DNA of 64,000 bases. It comes from Candidatus Latescibacterota bacterium. Its GTDB lineage: Bacteria; Latescibacterota; UBA2968; UBA8231. Position 1 is the first letter of the stretch, and each line of letters begins with the position of its first letter. The position numbers were made by a program, and so were the translations under genes. Location of the stretch: contig CBDCNM010000002.1 of NCBI GenBank assembly GCA_965219385.1, forward strand, positions 4,040,305-4,104,304, read 5' to 3'. The notes under the pieces are model-generated. The model worked only from the letters and a program-made list of their open reading frames with translations, ran no database searches and was not told the origin of the DNA. Shown here one piece after another: positions 40,709 through 50,537 of this stretch.

Positions 40709-42097
40709 TTGACTTCTAAACCTACCCAACAACCTCGCGTCCTGGTGGTCTTGCCGGAAGCTCCACAGACAAAAGAGCTCGTGGCTTTTTTGGAGCACCA
40801 GGGGTTGGAGGTGTTTTGGGTCCGCGAGGGGGTGAGCGGCTACGACCTTCTCGATGTCGAGCCCATGGACGTCCTCGTTTGTGATCTAAAGGATGCGCGT
40901 ATCGATGGGCTGCGGCTTCTGCAAATCGCCCGCCAGCGCAACCCTGATATTTGCGCCATAGTGATCGCCGGCCCCGAAGCAATCGAACTGGGTATAGAGG
41001 CTATGCGACAGGGGGCGTACGATTTTCAGTTGCGCCCCCTGAACCTGGTCAAAATCAAGGCTGTGCTGGATCGTGGCCTTTCCTACCAGCGCTTGGTGGG
41101 CGAGGTTTCCAATCTACAGCGGCGGCTGGATGAACGTTACCGTTTGGGCGGCATTGTTCGGCGCTCTTCGCCCTGGCAGCGGATATACAGTCAGGTCGAA
41201 CAAGTAGCTCAATCCAAAGCCAGCGTTCTGATCGTCGGCGAGACCGGCACCGGCAAGGGAGAGATTGCCAAGGCCATCCACCAGCAGAGCCGGCGTCGGG
41301 AACATGCCTTGGTCGAGATTAATTGCGGAGCTTTACCGGAAGGTATTGTGGAGAGCGAACTATTCGGCCATGAGAAGGGGGCTTTTACCGGGGCTACAAC
41401 CGCCCGCAAAGGCCGTTTTGAACTGGCCGATAAGGGAACCTTGTTTCTCGATGAGGTGGGGGATATTCCGCTGGCCACCCAGGTAAAATTACTCCGGGTC
41501 ATACAGGAGGCCGAATTTGAACGCCTGGGAGGAACGCAGACCCGCAAAGTAGATGTGCGGATCGTTGCGGCCACCCACCGCAACCTGGAAGAGATGGTGG
41601 AACAGGAAACTTACAGGGCGGACCTGTTTTATCGGCTACACGTAGTTACCATTGAGGTGCCGCCACTGCGCGAGTGTCGAGAAGATGTCCCCATCCTGGT
41701 CGATGAATTCATCCGCCTGTTCGGCGAGGAGAACAACAAAGGCGTAAAGGGCATAAGTTCCAGAGCCCTGGATGTGCTGGTAGATTACGAGTGGCCGGGC
41801 AATGTGCGGGAGCTCAAGAACTGCATAGAGGGCATGGTGGTCATGTGTCCCCATGAGAACATGCTCGAGATCGGCGATATTCCTCCTTATATCCGCAGGG
41901 GGGACCGTGGACTCCCCGGCTTTCCGCTACGGGTCGGCATGACCATGCGGGAAATTGAAAGAGTTGCCATTGGGGAAACCTTGAAAGCGGTGGATTTTGA
42001 TCGCAGACAGGCGGCGGAAATGCTCAGAATCGGTCTCAGTACCCTTTATCGCAAGGAGAGGGAATACAGGTTGGGAGGAACAGATAAGAGTAGCTAA
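40709..42097 (+). CDS. Sigma-54-dependent transcriptional activator (NtrC/AtoC family: receiver, AAA+, HTH)
   Basis: GETGTGK, ESELFGHEKGAFTGA, LFLDEVG, DLFYRL, WPGNVREL; C-terminal Fis-type HTH. Confidence 0.93.
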   Translation: MTSKPTQQPRVLVVLPEAPQTKELVAFLEHQGLEVFWVREGVSGYDLLDVEPMDVLVCDLKDARIDGLRLLQIARQRNPDICAIVIAGPEAIELGIEAMRQGAYDFQLRPLNLVKIKAVLDRGLSYQRLVGEVSNLQRRLDERYRLGGIVRRSSPWQRIYSQVEQVAQSKASVLIVGETGTGKGEIAKAIHQQSRRREHALVEINCGALPEGIVESELFGHEKGAFTGATTARKGRFELADKGTLFLDEVGDIPLATQVKLLRVIQEAEFERLGGTQTRKVDVRIVAATHRNLEEMVEQETYRADLFYRLHVVTIEVPPLRECREDVPILVDEFIRLFGEENNKGVKGISSRALDVLVDYEWPGNVRELKNCIEGMVVMCPHENMLEIGDIPPYIRRGDRGLPGFPLRVGMTMREIERVAIGETLKAVDFDRRQAAEMLRIGLSTLYRKEREYRLGGTDKSS

Positions 42098-43590
42098 TCG
42101 CGGTGGCTGTAAAAGTCTTTGATCAGGGTATTCAATGATTCTTGCGGATTGCGCACTATATCGGGAGTTATGGTGAAATTTTGTCGTTCTAACAGTTTGA
42201 GGCCGTGGCCGTAGTCGGCCAGGAGTTCATTGCAGAAGGCCTCTGGCTTCATGCCTTTTTCCCGAGCCATTTTTTTGACCAGTTCTCTGGCCTCCTCGTC
42301 AAATTCCAGCCTGGTGTTGTGGGCTTTAAAGAAGGAATCGATAAAGCTCTGGAGCGAGCAATTGGATAGAAGTTTACCTAGACTACTCTCCGGATTCTCG
42401 ACAATTTCCGCCGTCACCGCGAAGGTGTCGATATTTGTAGAGGGCAGGGCTTTTTCGAATCTCAGCAGTGCTTTCTCGATGGCGCCGACGAGACCCCGCG
42501 CCCCGGTGTGTTCTTCATAGGCCCTCCGGGCCAGTAGCTGCAGGGCCTCATCGGTGAAGTCAAGGTCAATATCATAGGCGCGAAAGTCCCGCTTTTTTGC
42601 ACGTATGACACTGCTTTTGGGATTCCTCAGGATGTCCAGGAGATCCTCGCGTTCCAGTTGGGAAAGTACCGCCACAACCGGAAGGCGACCGACAAATTCG
42701 GATTCAAAACCGTATTCTATAAGATCCTCTGCCCGCACTTGCTCGAAAAGCTTTTCCCCGGTTAGCGCAGGGGGAGCAGACGGTGTATTGGTTTTCAGCT
42801 GGAAACCTATGGCTCCCTTATTGAGGCGCCGGGCGATAATCTCGTCGAGCCCAGAAAAGGCACCGCTAACGATGAACAGGATATGACTGGTATTGATCTT
42901 TTGTTTCTCGACTTTGCCGGTCCTCTGAATTTGCATGACCGACTCCATCTGTGAGGCGAGATCGTGCGGGGACTTGAGGTCGACTTCGGTTTCCTCCATG
43001 AGTTTGAGCAGGTTGCGCTGGACTCCAGAGCGGGAAACATCGGGTCCCACCACGCTGTGGGTTGAGGCTATCTTGTCGATTTCGTCGATGTAGATGATGC
43101 CGTGCTGGGCCTGTTCAATATCTCCGTTGGCCTCGCGCACCAGCTCTCTAACCAGATCTTCTACATCGCCCCCCACATAGCCTGTTTCGCTAAATTTGGT
43201 TGCATCGCCTTTGACAAAGGGGACGCCGAGTTTGCGGGCTATGAGCTTGATGAGATAGGTTTTCCCAACTCCGGTAGGACCTATCATCAGGACATTATTC
43301 TTGATGCTGCCAACGATATCATCTTCTTCTTCCTCGGGCAGGTTCAAGCGGTTGAAGTGGGTGCAAATCTTGGTTGCGAGTATGGCTTTGGCCTCTTGTT
43401 GCTTGATCACGTACTGATTGAGGTATGCTTCAAGTTCTTCGGGCTTCAGGTCGAACTGGAATTTTTCCTCGGGAGGGTGGGTCGGGGTGCCCGATTCGGT
43501 GCCGGCAGCATCGGGTTGCACCGGTGTTTCAGCCTGTTGTTCGTATTGCTGGTTCAGGAACTGGCGCAATTTATCGGGATCGAGGCCCAT
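42094..43590 (-). CDS. ClpX-like AAA+ ATPase lacking the zinc-binding domain, with a duplicated C-terminal small domain
   Basis: NVLMIGPTGVGKT, TKFSETGYVGGDVE, IYIDEIDKI, IGF loop, EFVGRLP, TGARGL. Start uncertain (43590 or 43611). Confidence 0.85.
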   Translation of the reverse strand: MGLDPDKLRQFLNQQYEQQAETPVQPDAAGTESGTPTHPPEEKFQFDLKPEELEAYLNQYVIKQQEAKAILATKICTHFNRLNLPEEEEDDIVGSIKNNVLMIGPTGVGKTYLIKLIARKLGVPFVKGDATKFSETGYVGGDVEDLVRELVREANGDIEQAQHGIIYIDEIDKIASTHSVVGPDVSRSGVQRNLLKLMEETEVDLKSPHDLASQMESVMQIQRTGKVEKQKINTSHILFIVSGAFSGLDEIIARRLNKGAIGFQLKTNTPSAPPALTGEKLFEQVRAEDLIEYGFESEFVGRLPVVAVLSQLEREDLLDILRNPKSSVIRAKKRDFRAYDIDLDFTDEALQLLARRAYEEHTGARGLVGAIEKALLRFEKALPSTNIDTFAVTAEIVENPESSLGKLLSNCSLQSFIDSFFKAHNTRLEFDEEARELVKKMAREKGMKPEAFCNELLADYGHGLKLLERQNFTITPDIVRNPQESLNTLIKDFYSHRD

Positions 43591-43702
43591 CTTTTCTGCA
43601 CGTATATTCATGAGGCTATACTGCTTAAAAAAACTCAGAATTGGAATTGGCGCGGGTGTCCTGTAAAAATATACACCTCCTCCAGAGTCGTGACAACCCT
43701 GC

Positions 43703-43731
43703 TTGACACTTTGGAATGGTCCAGGTACATT
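43703..43731 (+). promoter_or_regulatory. Putative sigma-70 promoter
   Basis: TTGACA-N17-TACATT upstream of the CDS at 43773. Confidence 0.55.
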
Positions 43732-43772
43732 TTCGCAGTCTCTAAGGACTATTTCCAAGACAGGTAATCAGC

Positions 43773-45830
43773 ATGAACCGCAAAGCGGCCTTTCGCTTCA
43801 ATGTCCTGGGGGTTTTTCTTCTGGTAGTAGCGGTTGGGGCTCAGCAGGTCAAGATTTTCTCGGCCGCAGCCGGAAAGTTATTTGCCAAGGGCCTGGAGGC
43901 ATACCAAAAGGAGCAGTACCAGAAAGCCCAGGAGCGTTTTCAGCAGCTTCTTGAATTCCCGTTGAATCAGCGCTCCAGTGCCGCCCAGCTGATGCTGGCC
44001 AAGGCTTCGTTTCGGCTTGGGGAATACGGCCTGGCCCTGAGCGTGGCCAAACAACTGCAAAGAAAGTTCGCCGCCAGCCGTTATATTCCCGATGCCCGTT
44101 TGCTCGCGGGTGATTGCTACTTTGCGTTGAAGCGTTATTACGAAGCAGCTACCCAGTACAGCCGCATCCTGGCCATGCCGGCGGCGCTGCCCTTGCAGGG
44201 CAGTGCTGCCGAGCGTCTGGCAGGCGTTGTCAAAAATGGATTCGTCAGCGACAGGGCGCTCGGGAGTATCCGCCTGTCTTTGGGGGAGTCCCGGTTGCGG
44301 GAGGCATTGCTTTTTGGAGAAGCGCGCTGGTTCCAGCGGTTGGGTTGGGAAGCCCAAAGTCGCACGGCCATGCAGGCGTATCGGGATAGTGTTCCCAACG
44401 GCATATTCGTCCCGCTGATCAATAACAATCTGGAGCGCAGTGCCGGCATGATTCCTGCACTGGAAGCAGGGCGAGGGGAACCCGAGGAACAAAAACCTCG
44501 GCTGGGTCTACTGTTGCCCCTATCAGGGCCGTTTCGGCAATATGGGGAAGACCTGCTGGACGGGGTCGGGCTGGCCAATCGGGAGCTGGACGAACCGTTT
44601 GAGCTGGTCGCAAGGGACACGGGGTTTGAGTACGGAGATTTACCCATTGTCGAAAGCGAGAGCAATGAGTTGCTGCGCGCCATCCGAGCGACTGAAGAAT
44701 TGATCAAAGAAGAAGACGTGGTTGCACTGGTTGGTCCTGTCTTTAGTAGTGCCAGCGTTGCAGCTGCGGTTGCAGCGAATGCAGCGGGCATTCCCCTGAT
44801 TGCTCCCCTGGCCCAGCAAAGCGGCCTAGATGAACTCGGAGAGAACGTCTTTCAGTTGAATGTCATTCCAGAGATACAGGGACGGGCACTGGGGGAATAC
44901 GCTACTTTGGTGCTGGGATTGCAAAATCTGGCTGTACTTGCTCCCTTGAGTGATTACGGGTGGAATTTCGAGCGTGAATTTGCCGATACCGCCTATGCTA
45001 ATGGGGGGAATATTGTGTACACAGGCTGGTACGTGCCCGGGGAGACCAAGGATTTTAAGCGCGTTTTCGAAGAAATGCGGCAGGTGGGGTTCAGCCTCAT
45101 TGCTCCGCCTCCACCTGAAGATACCCTGGCCGTTTCCGATTCCCTTGTATGGATGGCCGATGATGGGATATTATTGGAAGTGTCCGAAGCCGATGGGGAA
45201 GAGGAGGAGGCACCGCCGGATTCATCCAAAATATTCATCGACACCATCGACGGCGTGGTCATTGTAGTCGAGAGTTTTGCAGACGCCAATACCATTGCGC
45301 CGCAATTGCTTTTTCACCGCCTGGAAACCCAGATCCTGGGAAATGATCTTTGGTACGAGCCCGAGGCAATCAGGCAGATGCCCAGAGGAGAGCGGAAATA
45401 CGTCAACGGCACCATTTTCGTCTCTAGGTTTCATGGATCGGCAGCCGTCACCAGGAAATTCACGGATGCTTTCCGTCGAAACTTTGGTCGCGATCCGGGC
45501 TACGCTGCTTTTGGCTACGACGCTGCTCGAATGGTGATTGAGGGATGGTCCCGAGGACGACAAACCCCTGCTCTTCTGCGGGACTGGCTTGCGGAAATTC
45601 GCGAATTTGAGGGCGCTTCGGGAAAAATCAGTTTTCTCGCTGGACGGCGTACCAATAGCGAGGTAACCCTGCTCAAGATTGACGCGCGAGGCCGCGTGAG
45701 ACCGCTCAGTTTCGAAGATTTGCCCGATCTAAGTGCAATTGAGGAGGAGGATCTGGCCGAGCTAGATCTGCCGCCGGCCGAGCTGGGATTAGAAAAATCT
45801 CAGGAAGAACCGCCGCCGGCCGTAGAATGA
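43773..45830 (+). CDS. Exported TPR + type I periplasmic-binding-fold protein (LpoA/LppC-like or ABC substrate-binding)
   Basis: Signal peptide, TPR-like helices, then RLGLLLPLSGP, ALVGPVFS, AAFGYDAA, FEGASGKISF. Confidence 0.7.
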   Translation: MNRKAAFRFNVLGVFLLVVAVGAQQVKIFSAAAGKLFAKGLEAYQKEQYQKAQERFQQLLEFPLNQRSSAAQLMLAKASFRLGEYGLALSVAKQLQRKFAASRYIPDARLLAGDCYFALKRYYEAATQYSRILAMPAALPLQGSAAERLAGVVKNGFVSDRALGSIRLSLGESRLREALLFGEARWFQRLGWEAQSRTAMQAYRDSVPNGIFVPLINNNLERSAGMIPALEAGRGEPEEQKPRLGLLLPLSGPFRQYGEDLLDGVGLANRELDEPFELVARDTGFEYGDLPIVESESNELLRAIRATEELIKEEDVVALVGPVFSSASVAAAVAANAAGIPLIAPLAQQSGLDELGENVFQLNVIPEIQGRALGEYATLVLGLQNLAVLAPLSDYGWNFEREFADTAYANGGNIVYTGWYVPGETKDFKRVFEEMRQVGFSLIAPPPPEDTLAVSDSLVWMADDGILLEVSEADGEEEEAPPDSSKIFIDTIDGVVIVVESFADANTIAPQLLFHRLETQILGNDLWYEPEAIRQMPRGERKYVNGTIFVSRFHGSAAVTRKFTDAFRRNFGRDPGYAAFGYDAARMVIEGWSRGRQTPALLRDWLAEIREFEGASGKISFLAGRRTNSEVTLLKIDARGRVRPLSFEDLPDLSAIEEEDLAELDLPPAELGLEKSQEEPPPAVE

Positions 45831-45981
45831 CATAATTTCTTAAAAATTCCGGCAATTTGCTCCCAGCGCATGGTTGTCACATCCTTCCGGCTTGCGCGAA
45901 ATCATCGACCTTTTTATTTTTGTATTCTTATCTTTTTTTACTACAGCAGCTAAACACCCTGCACCCTGTTGGGAAAAGGTC

Positions 45982-46302
45982 GTGCCTACATACCAATACA
46001 AATGTCAGGCCTGCGGGCATGAATTCGAAGAATTTCAGCGGATCACCGCCGAACCACTGACGGCCTGTCCCGAGGACTGCTGTCAAGGCCTGGTGAAACG
46101 GCTTATTGGCGCCGGTGGGGGATTGCTCTTTAAAGGGTCTGGATTCTATATTACGGACTATCGTAGCGAAGGGTACAAAAAGTCCGCAAAAGCAGATGCG
46201 GATTCCACCCAATCAGGAACCGATTCCAAGTCCAGTGGCAGCGATACCTCGGGTAGTAAAACCGACCCCAAGCCTTCTGGTGCCTGCTCCCAAAAGGACT
46301 GA
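45982..46302 (+). CDS. FmdB-family zinc-ribbon protein
   Basis: GTG start, MPTYQYKCQACGHEFE...CP..C...FKGSGFYITDY, followed by a Ser-rich tail. Confidence 0.88.
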   Translation: MPTYQYKCQACGHEFEEFQRITAEPLTACPEDCCQGLVKRLIGAGGGLLFKGSGFYITDYRSEGYKKSAKADADSTQSGTDSKSSGSDTSGSKTDPKPSGACSQKD

Positions 46303-46326
46303 AAATCCGTTTAATTGTTGGCAAAA

Positions 46327-46827
46327 ATGGTCGTTGCTAGAAGATTATTGGGACTTGCTCTAGGATGTATTGCTGGCCTGCTGGCAGGTTGTGGTGAGCA
46401 AAGTTCCGAGCAATTGTTCGCCGCGGCGGAGGCCGCCGCCGCGGATTCCTCCAACCAAGAGCAGGCCATTCAGCATTTTACCACCTTCCTTACGCGTTTT
46501 CCGCAGCATCCACATTGTGACGAAGCACTCAGAAAACTCGCTATGATCGCCCGCCAGAAGGGGGATATGCAGGATGCTATTGCGCATTATAAACGCCTGC
46601 TCTCGGACTATGGCACCAGTGAATACAGCGATGAAGCACAGTTCATGATAGCCTTTATCTACGAAGAATACCTTCGGGATCAGGAGAAGGCCCGCCAGGC
46701 TTATCAACGCGTGATCGACAACTATCCGGATTCGGAACTGGCGGCCAGCGCCAGGCGTCTACTTCCCCATGTAGGGCGCAATCCAGAGGAGTGGGTAGAG
46801 TTTCAGGACGAAGTGAAGTCGCCTTAG
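46327..46827 (+). CDS. TPR lipoprotein (BamD/YbgF-like repeats)
   Basis: Lipobox LLAGC; three TPR-like units ending FPQHP, YGTSE and YPDSE. Confidence 0.75.
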   Translation: MVVARRLLGLALGCIAGLLAGCGEQSSEQLFAAAEAAAADSSNQEQAIQHFTTFLTRFPQHPHCDEALRKLAMIARQKGDMQDAIAHYKRLLSDYGTSEYSDEAQFMIAFIYEEYLRDQEKARQAYQRVIDNYPDSELAASARRLLPHVGRNPEEWVEFQDEVKSP

Positions 46828-46869
46828 TATCCAATTGGGCGAGAAGAGGATAGGTTCGGCTACAAAGAA

Positions 46870-47865
<996 letters not shown>

Positions 47866-47877
47866 AGTAAAATAGCC

Positions 47878-48756
47878 GTGATCCCCCAAGAGATTCTCAA
47901 AAAAGTCAACCTTATCGAGATTCAAACCCGCAGCATGGTGAACACTCTCTTCGCCGGCGAATACCACTCGGTCTTCAAAGGACAGGGGATGGAATTCGCC
48001 GAAGTGCGGGCCTACAACCCTGGAGACGATGTCCGCAGCATCGACTGGAATGTAACAGCCCGGGTAGGCCATCCTTTTGTCAAGGTGTACGACGAAGAAC
48101 GCGAACTCACGGTAGTACTGGTCGTCGATGCCAGTGCTTCGGGAGCGTTTGGCACCGGGCAGCAGATGAAGGGCGAGGTCGGAGTTGAAATGTCGGCGCT
48201 TCTGGCTTTTTCCGCGATCAAAAACAACGACCGCGTTGGCCTGCTCATTTTTACCGATGAAGTGGAGGTTTTCATTCCTCCTAAAAAAGGCCGCAAGCAC
48301 GTTCTGAGAGTCATCCGCGAATTGCTCTACTTCCAACCAAAAACCAAGGGGACATCGATCACTCGCGCCCTCGAGTACCTCGACCGGGTAATACACCGTC
48401 GCAGCGTCGTCTTCTTGCTATCCGATTTTCTGGATGCGGATTACGAACAGGCCCTGCAATTGATCGGTCGGCGGCACGACCTGATCGCCATAAGCCTGGT
48501 GGATCCACGCGAGCGCGGCCTTCCAGATATAGGCTTTGTCACCCTGCAGGACGCCGAAACTGGAGAGCAGATACTGGTCGATAGTCACCACGCCGGGGTG
48601 AGAGACTTCTTCGCCCGGCGGCAAAGAGCCGAAGAGGAAATGCGCGGACAGCTGTTTCGCCGCCTGGGAATAGATGAAATTCGCGTGGATACATCCCTAT
48701 CTTATATAGAGCCACTGGTCCATTTCTTCCGGACCCGAATGCAGCGTCGGCGCTGA
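47878..48756 (+). CDS. DUF58 (VWA-like) protein
   Basis: YHSVFKGQGMEFAEVRAY.PGDDVRSIDWNVTAR, EEREL, D.S.S; follows MoxR. Confidence 0.92.
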   Translation: MIPQEILKKVNLIEIQTRSMVNTLFAGEYHSVFKGQGMEFAEVRAYNPGDDVRSIDWNVTARVGHPFVKVYDEERELTVVLVVDASASGAFGTGQQMKGEVGVEMSALLAFSAIKNNDRVGLLIFTDEVEVFIPPKKGRKHVLRVIRELLYFQPKTKGTSITRALEYLDRVIHRRSVVFLLSDFLDADYEQALQLIGRRHDLIAISLVDPRERGLPDIGFVTLQDAETGEQILVDSHHAGVRDFFARRQRAEEEMRGQLFRRLGIDEIRVDTSLSYIEPLVHFFRTRMQRRR

Positions 48757-48801
48757 GCGCATCCGACATCTACTTTAACGCGCATTGAAGGAGGAGTTCT
48801 G

Positions 48802-49749
48802 GTGATTGAAGTAAGCGACCTTTCCAAGTACTATGGCGATTTAACCGCCGTAGAGAATATCTCCTTTAAAGCTGAAAAGGGAGAGATCCTCGGATTTTTA
48901 GGGCCGAACGGCGCGGGTAAGACCACCACCATGCGGATCCTCACCTGTTATCTGCCTCCCTCCGGAGGCCGTGCGAGCGTGGCCGGGTTCGATGTGGTCG
49001 AAGAATCCTTGGAGGTGCGCAAGAGGATTGGTTATCTGCCCGAACAGCCGCCTCTGTACAATGATATGACGGTGCATGCGTACCTGCGCTTTGTGGCCAA
49101 GATAAAGGGCGTGCCCTCCGCCCGCTTGAACAGCCAAGTGGATCAGGTCATGGAGAAGGTGGCGTTGACGGACCGCAGGGATTCGGTGATTGGCCATCTC
49201 TCCAAGGGCTACAGGCAGCGGGTGGGTTTGGGGCAGGCTCTGGTACACGAACCGGATGTCCTCATCCTCGACGAGCCTACTGTCGGACTGGATCCCAAGC
49301 AGATCATTGAGATTCGCGAAGTGATCAAGGGGTTGGGAGGAGAGCATACCATCATCCTGAGCACCCACATCCTTCCCGAGGTCAGCATGACCTGCGAGAA
49401 GGTGGTGATCATCAATAATGGGCGCATCGCCGGAGAGGGCACCCCCGAAAGCCTGGTAGCCCAGTTGCGCGAAGGGGAGGTGTTGCGGGTCCAGATCAGC
49501 GGACCGCGGGAAAGGGTGCAGGAACTCATCAGTGCCATGGACGGGGTCCTGGATGTCGTTCCCGAGAGGGCGGGCGAGGATGGAGATGACTATGTATATG
49601 TGGTATCCAGCCAGCCCAATCTGGACATTCGCGAAGAGCTGGTACGGCAGGTGGTCGAAGGTGGTTTTGCGCTGCGGGAGTTGCGTTCACTCGATATGAC
49701 CCTGGAAGATATTTTCCTGCACCTGACAACCGAGGAGGTGAATGCTTAA
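48802..49749 (+). CDS. ABC transporter ATP-binding protein (GldA-like)
   Basis: GPNGAGKTT, LSKGYRQRVG, ILDEPTVGLDPKQI, STHILPEV. Confidence 0.92.
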   Translation: MIEVSDLSKYYGDLTAVENISFKAEKGEILGFLGPNGAGKTTTMRILTCYLPPSGGRASVAGFDVVEESLEVRKRIGYLPEQPPLYNDMTVHAYLRFVAKIKGVPSARLNSQVDQVMEKVALTDRRDSVIGHLSKGYRQRVGLGQALVHEPDVLILDEPTVGLDPKQIIEIREVIKGLGGEHTIILSTHILPEVSMTCEKVVIINNGRIAGEGTPESLVAQLREGEVLRVQISGPRERVQELISAMDGVLDVVPERAGEDGDDYVYVVSSQPNLDIREELVRQVVEGGFALRELRSLDMTLEDIFLHLTTEEVNA

Positions 49750-50536
49750 AATGCGAAATTTTCTGGCCATGTACACCAAGGAGATGCGCTCCTACTTTGT
49801 CTCCCCCATAGCATATGTGATCGCCGGTGTGTTCCTCTTCCTCTCCGGTTACTTATTCCGCAACATCCTCATGCAGTTCAATTTTCTGTGTATGCAGTTC
49901 GCCCAGCAGGCGCAGTACATGGGAGGGCAAGGTCTGCCCAATCTCAACCTGAATGAAATCGTCGTCACCCAGTTCTTTGGCGTGATGGACTTCATCTGGC
50001 TGCTGGTGGTGCCTATGCTGACCATGCGTTTATTCGCCGAGGAGAAGAAGGGCGGCACCATGGAATTGCTGATGACCTCGCCGCTGACCAGTCTGCAAAT
50101 ACTCCTGGGCAAGTTTTTTGCCTGTCTTTCTCTCTATACTATTATTGTGGCGCTGACGCTGGTGTATTGTATCATCCTGGAGATCTACGCACAGCCGGAT
50201 TGGGGCCCCATCTTTTCCGCCTACCTGGGTTACCTTCTGCTGGGAGGTACCTTTATAGCCGTGGGGATCCTGGCCTCGGCCCTGACCGAGAACCAGACCG
50301 TGGCCGTGCTGCTGTCTTTCGGCATGTTATTGCTTTTGTGGTTGATCGACTGGTCGGCCGGTTTTGCCGGACCAACCGCGGCCAAGATCCTGCAGTACAT
50401 ATCCATCATAGAGCATTTAAAGGACTTTCAGCGCGGCGTCATCGATACCAAAGACGTCATTTTCTATCTGAGTTTCATATTCTTCGGTTTGTTCCTGACT
50501 ACCCGGATCATCGAATCGAGGCGGTGGAGGAGATAG
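49742..50536 (+). CDS. ABC-2 type permease (GldF-like)
   Basis: KEMRSYFVSPIAY, P.LTMRLFAEEKK.GT.ELL.T.P, LGKF, ALTENQ; about 6 TM helices. Confidence 0.88.
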   Translation: MLKMRNFLAMYTKEMRSYFVSPIAYVIAGVFLFLSGYLFRNILMQFNFLCMQFAQQAQYMGGQGLPNLNLNEIVVTQFFGVMDFIWLLVVPMLTMRLFAEEKKGGTMELLMTSPLTSLQILLGKFFACLSLYTIIVALTLVYCIILEIYAQPDWGPIFSAYLGYLLLGGTFIAVGILASALTENQTVAVLLSFGMLLLLWLIDWSAGFAGPTAAKILQYISIIEHLKDFQRGVIDTKDVIFYLSFIFFGLFLTTRIIESRRWRR

Positions 50537-50537
50537 G

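Noticed and set aside
43591..43758. N-terminal extension of the ClpX-like ORF
   Set aside because: It overlaps the divergent promoter region and does not look protein-like; a downstream ATG is more plausible.
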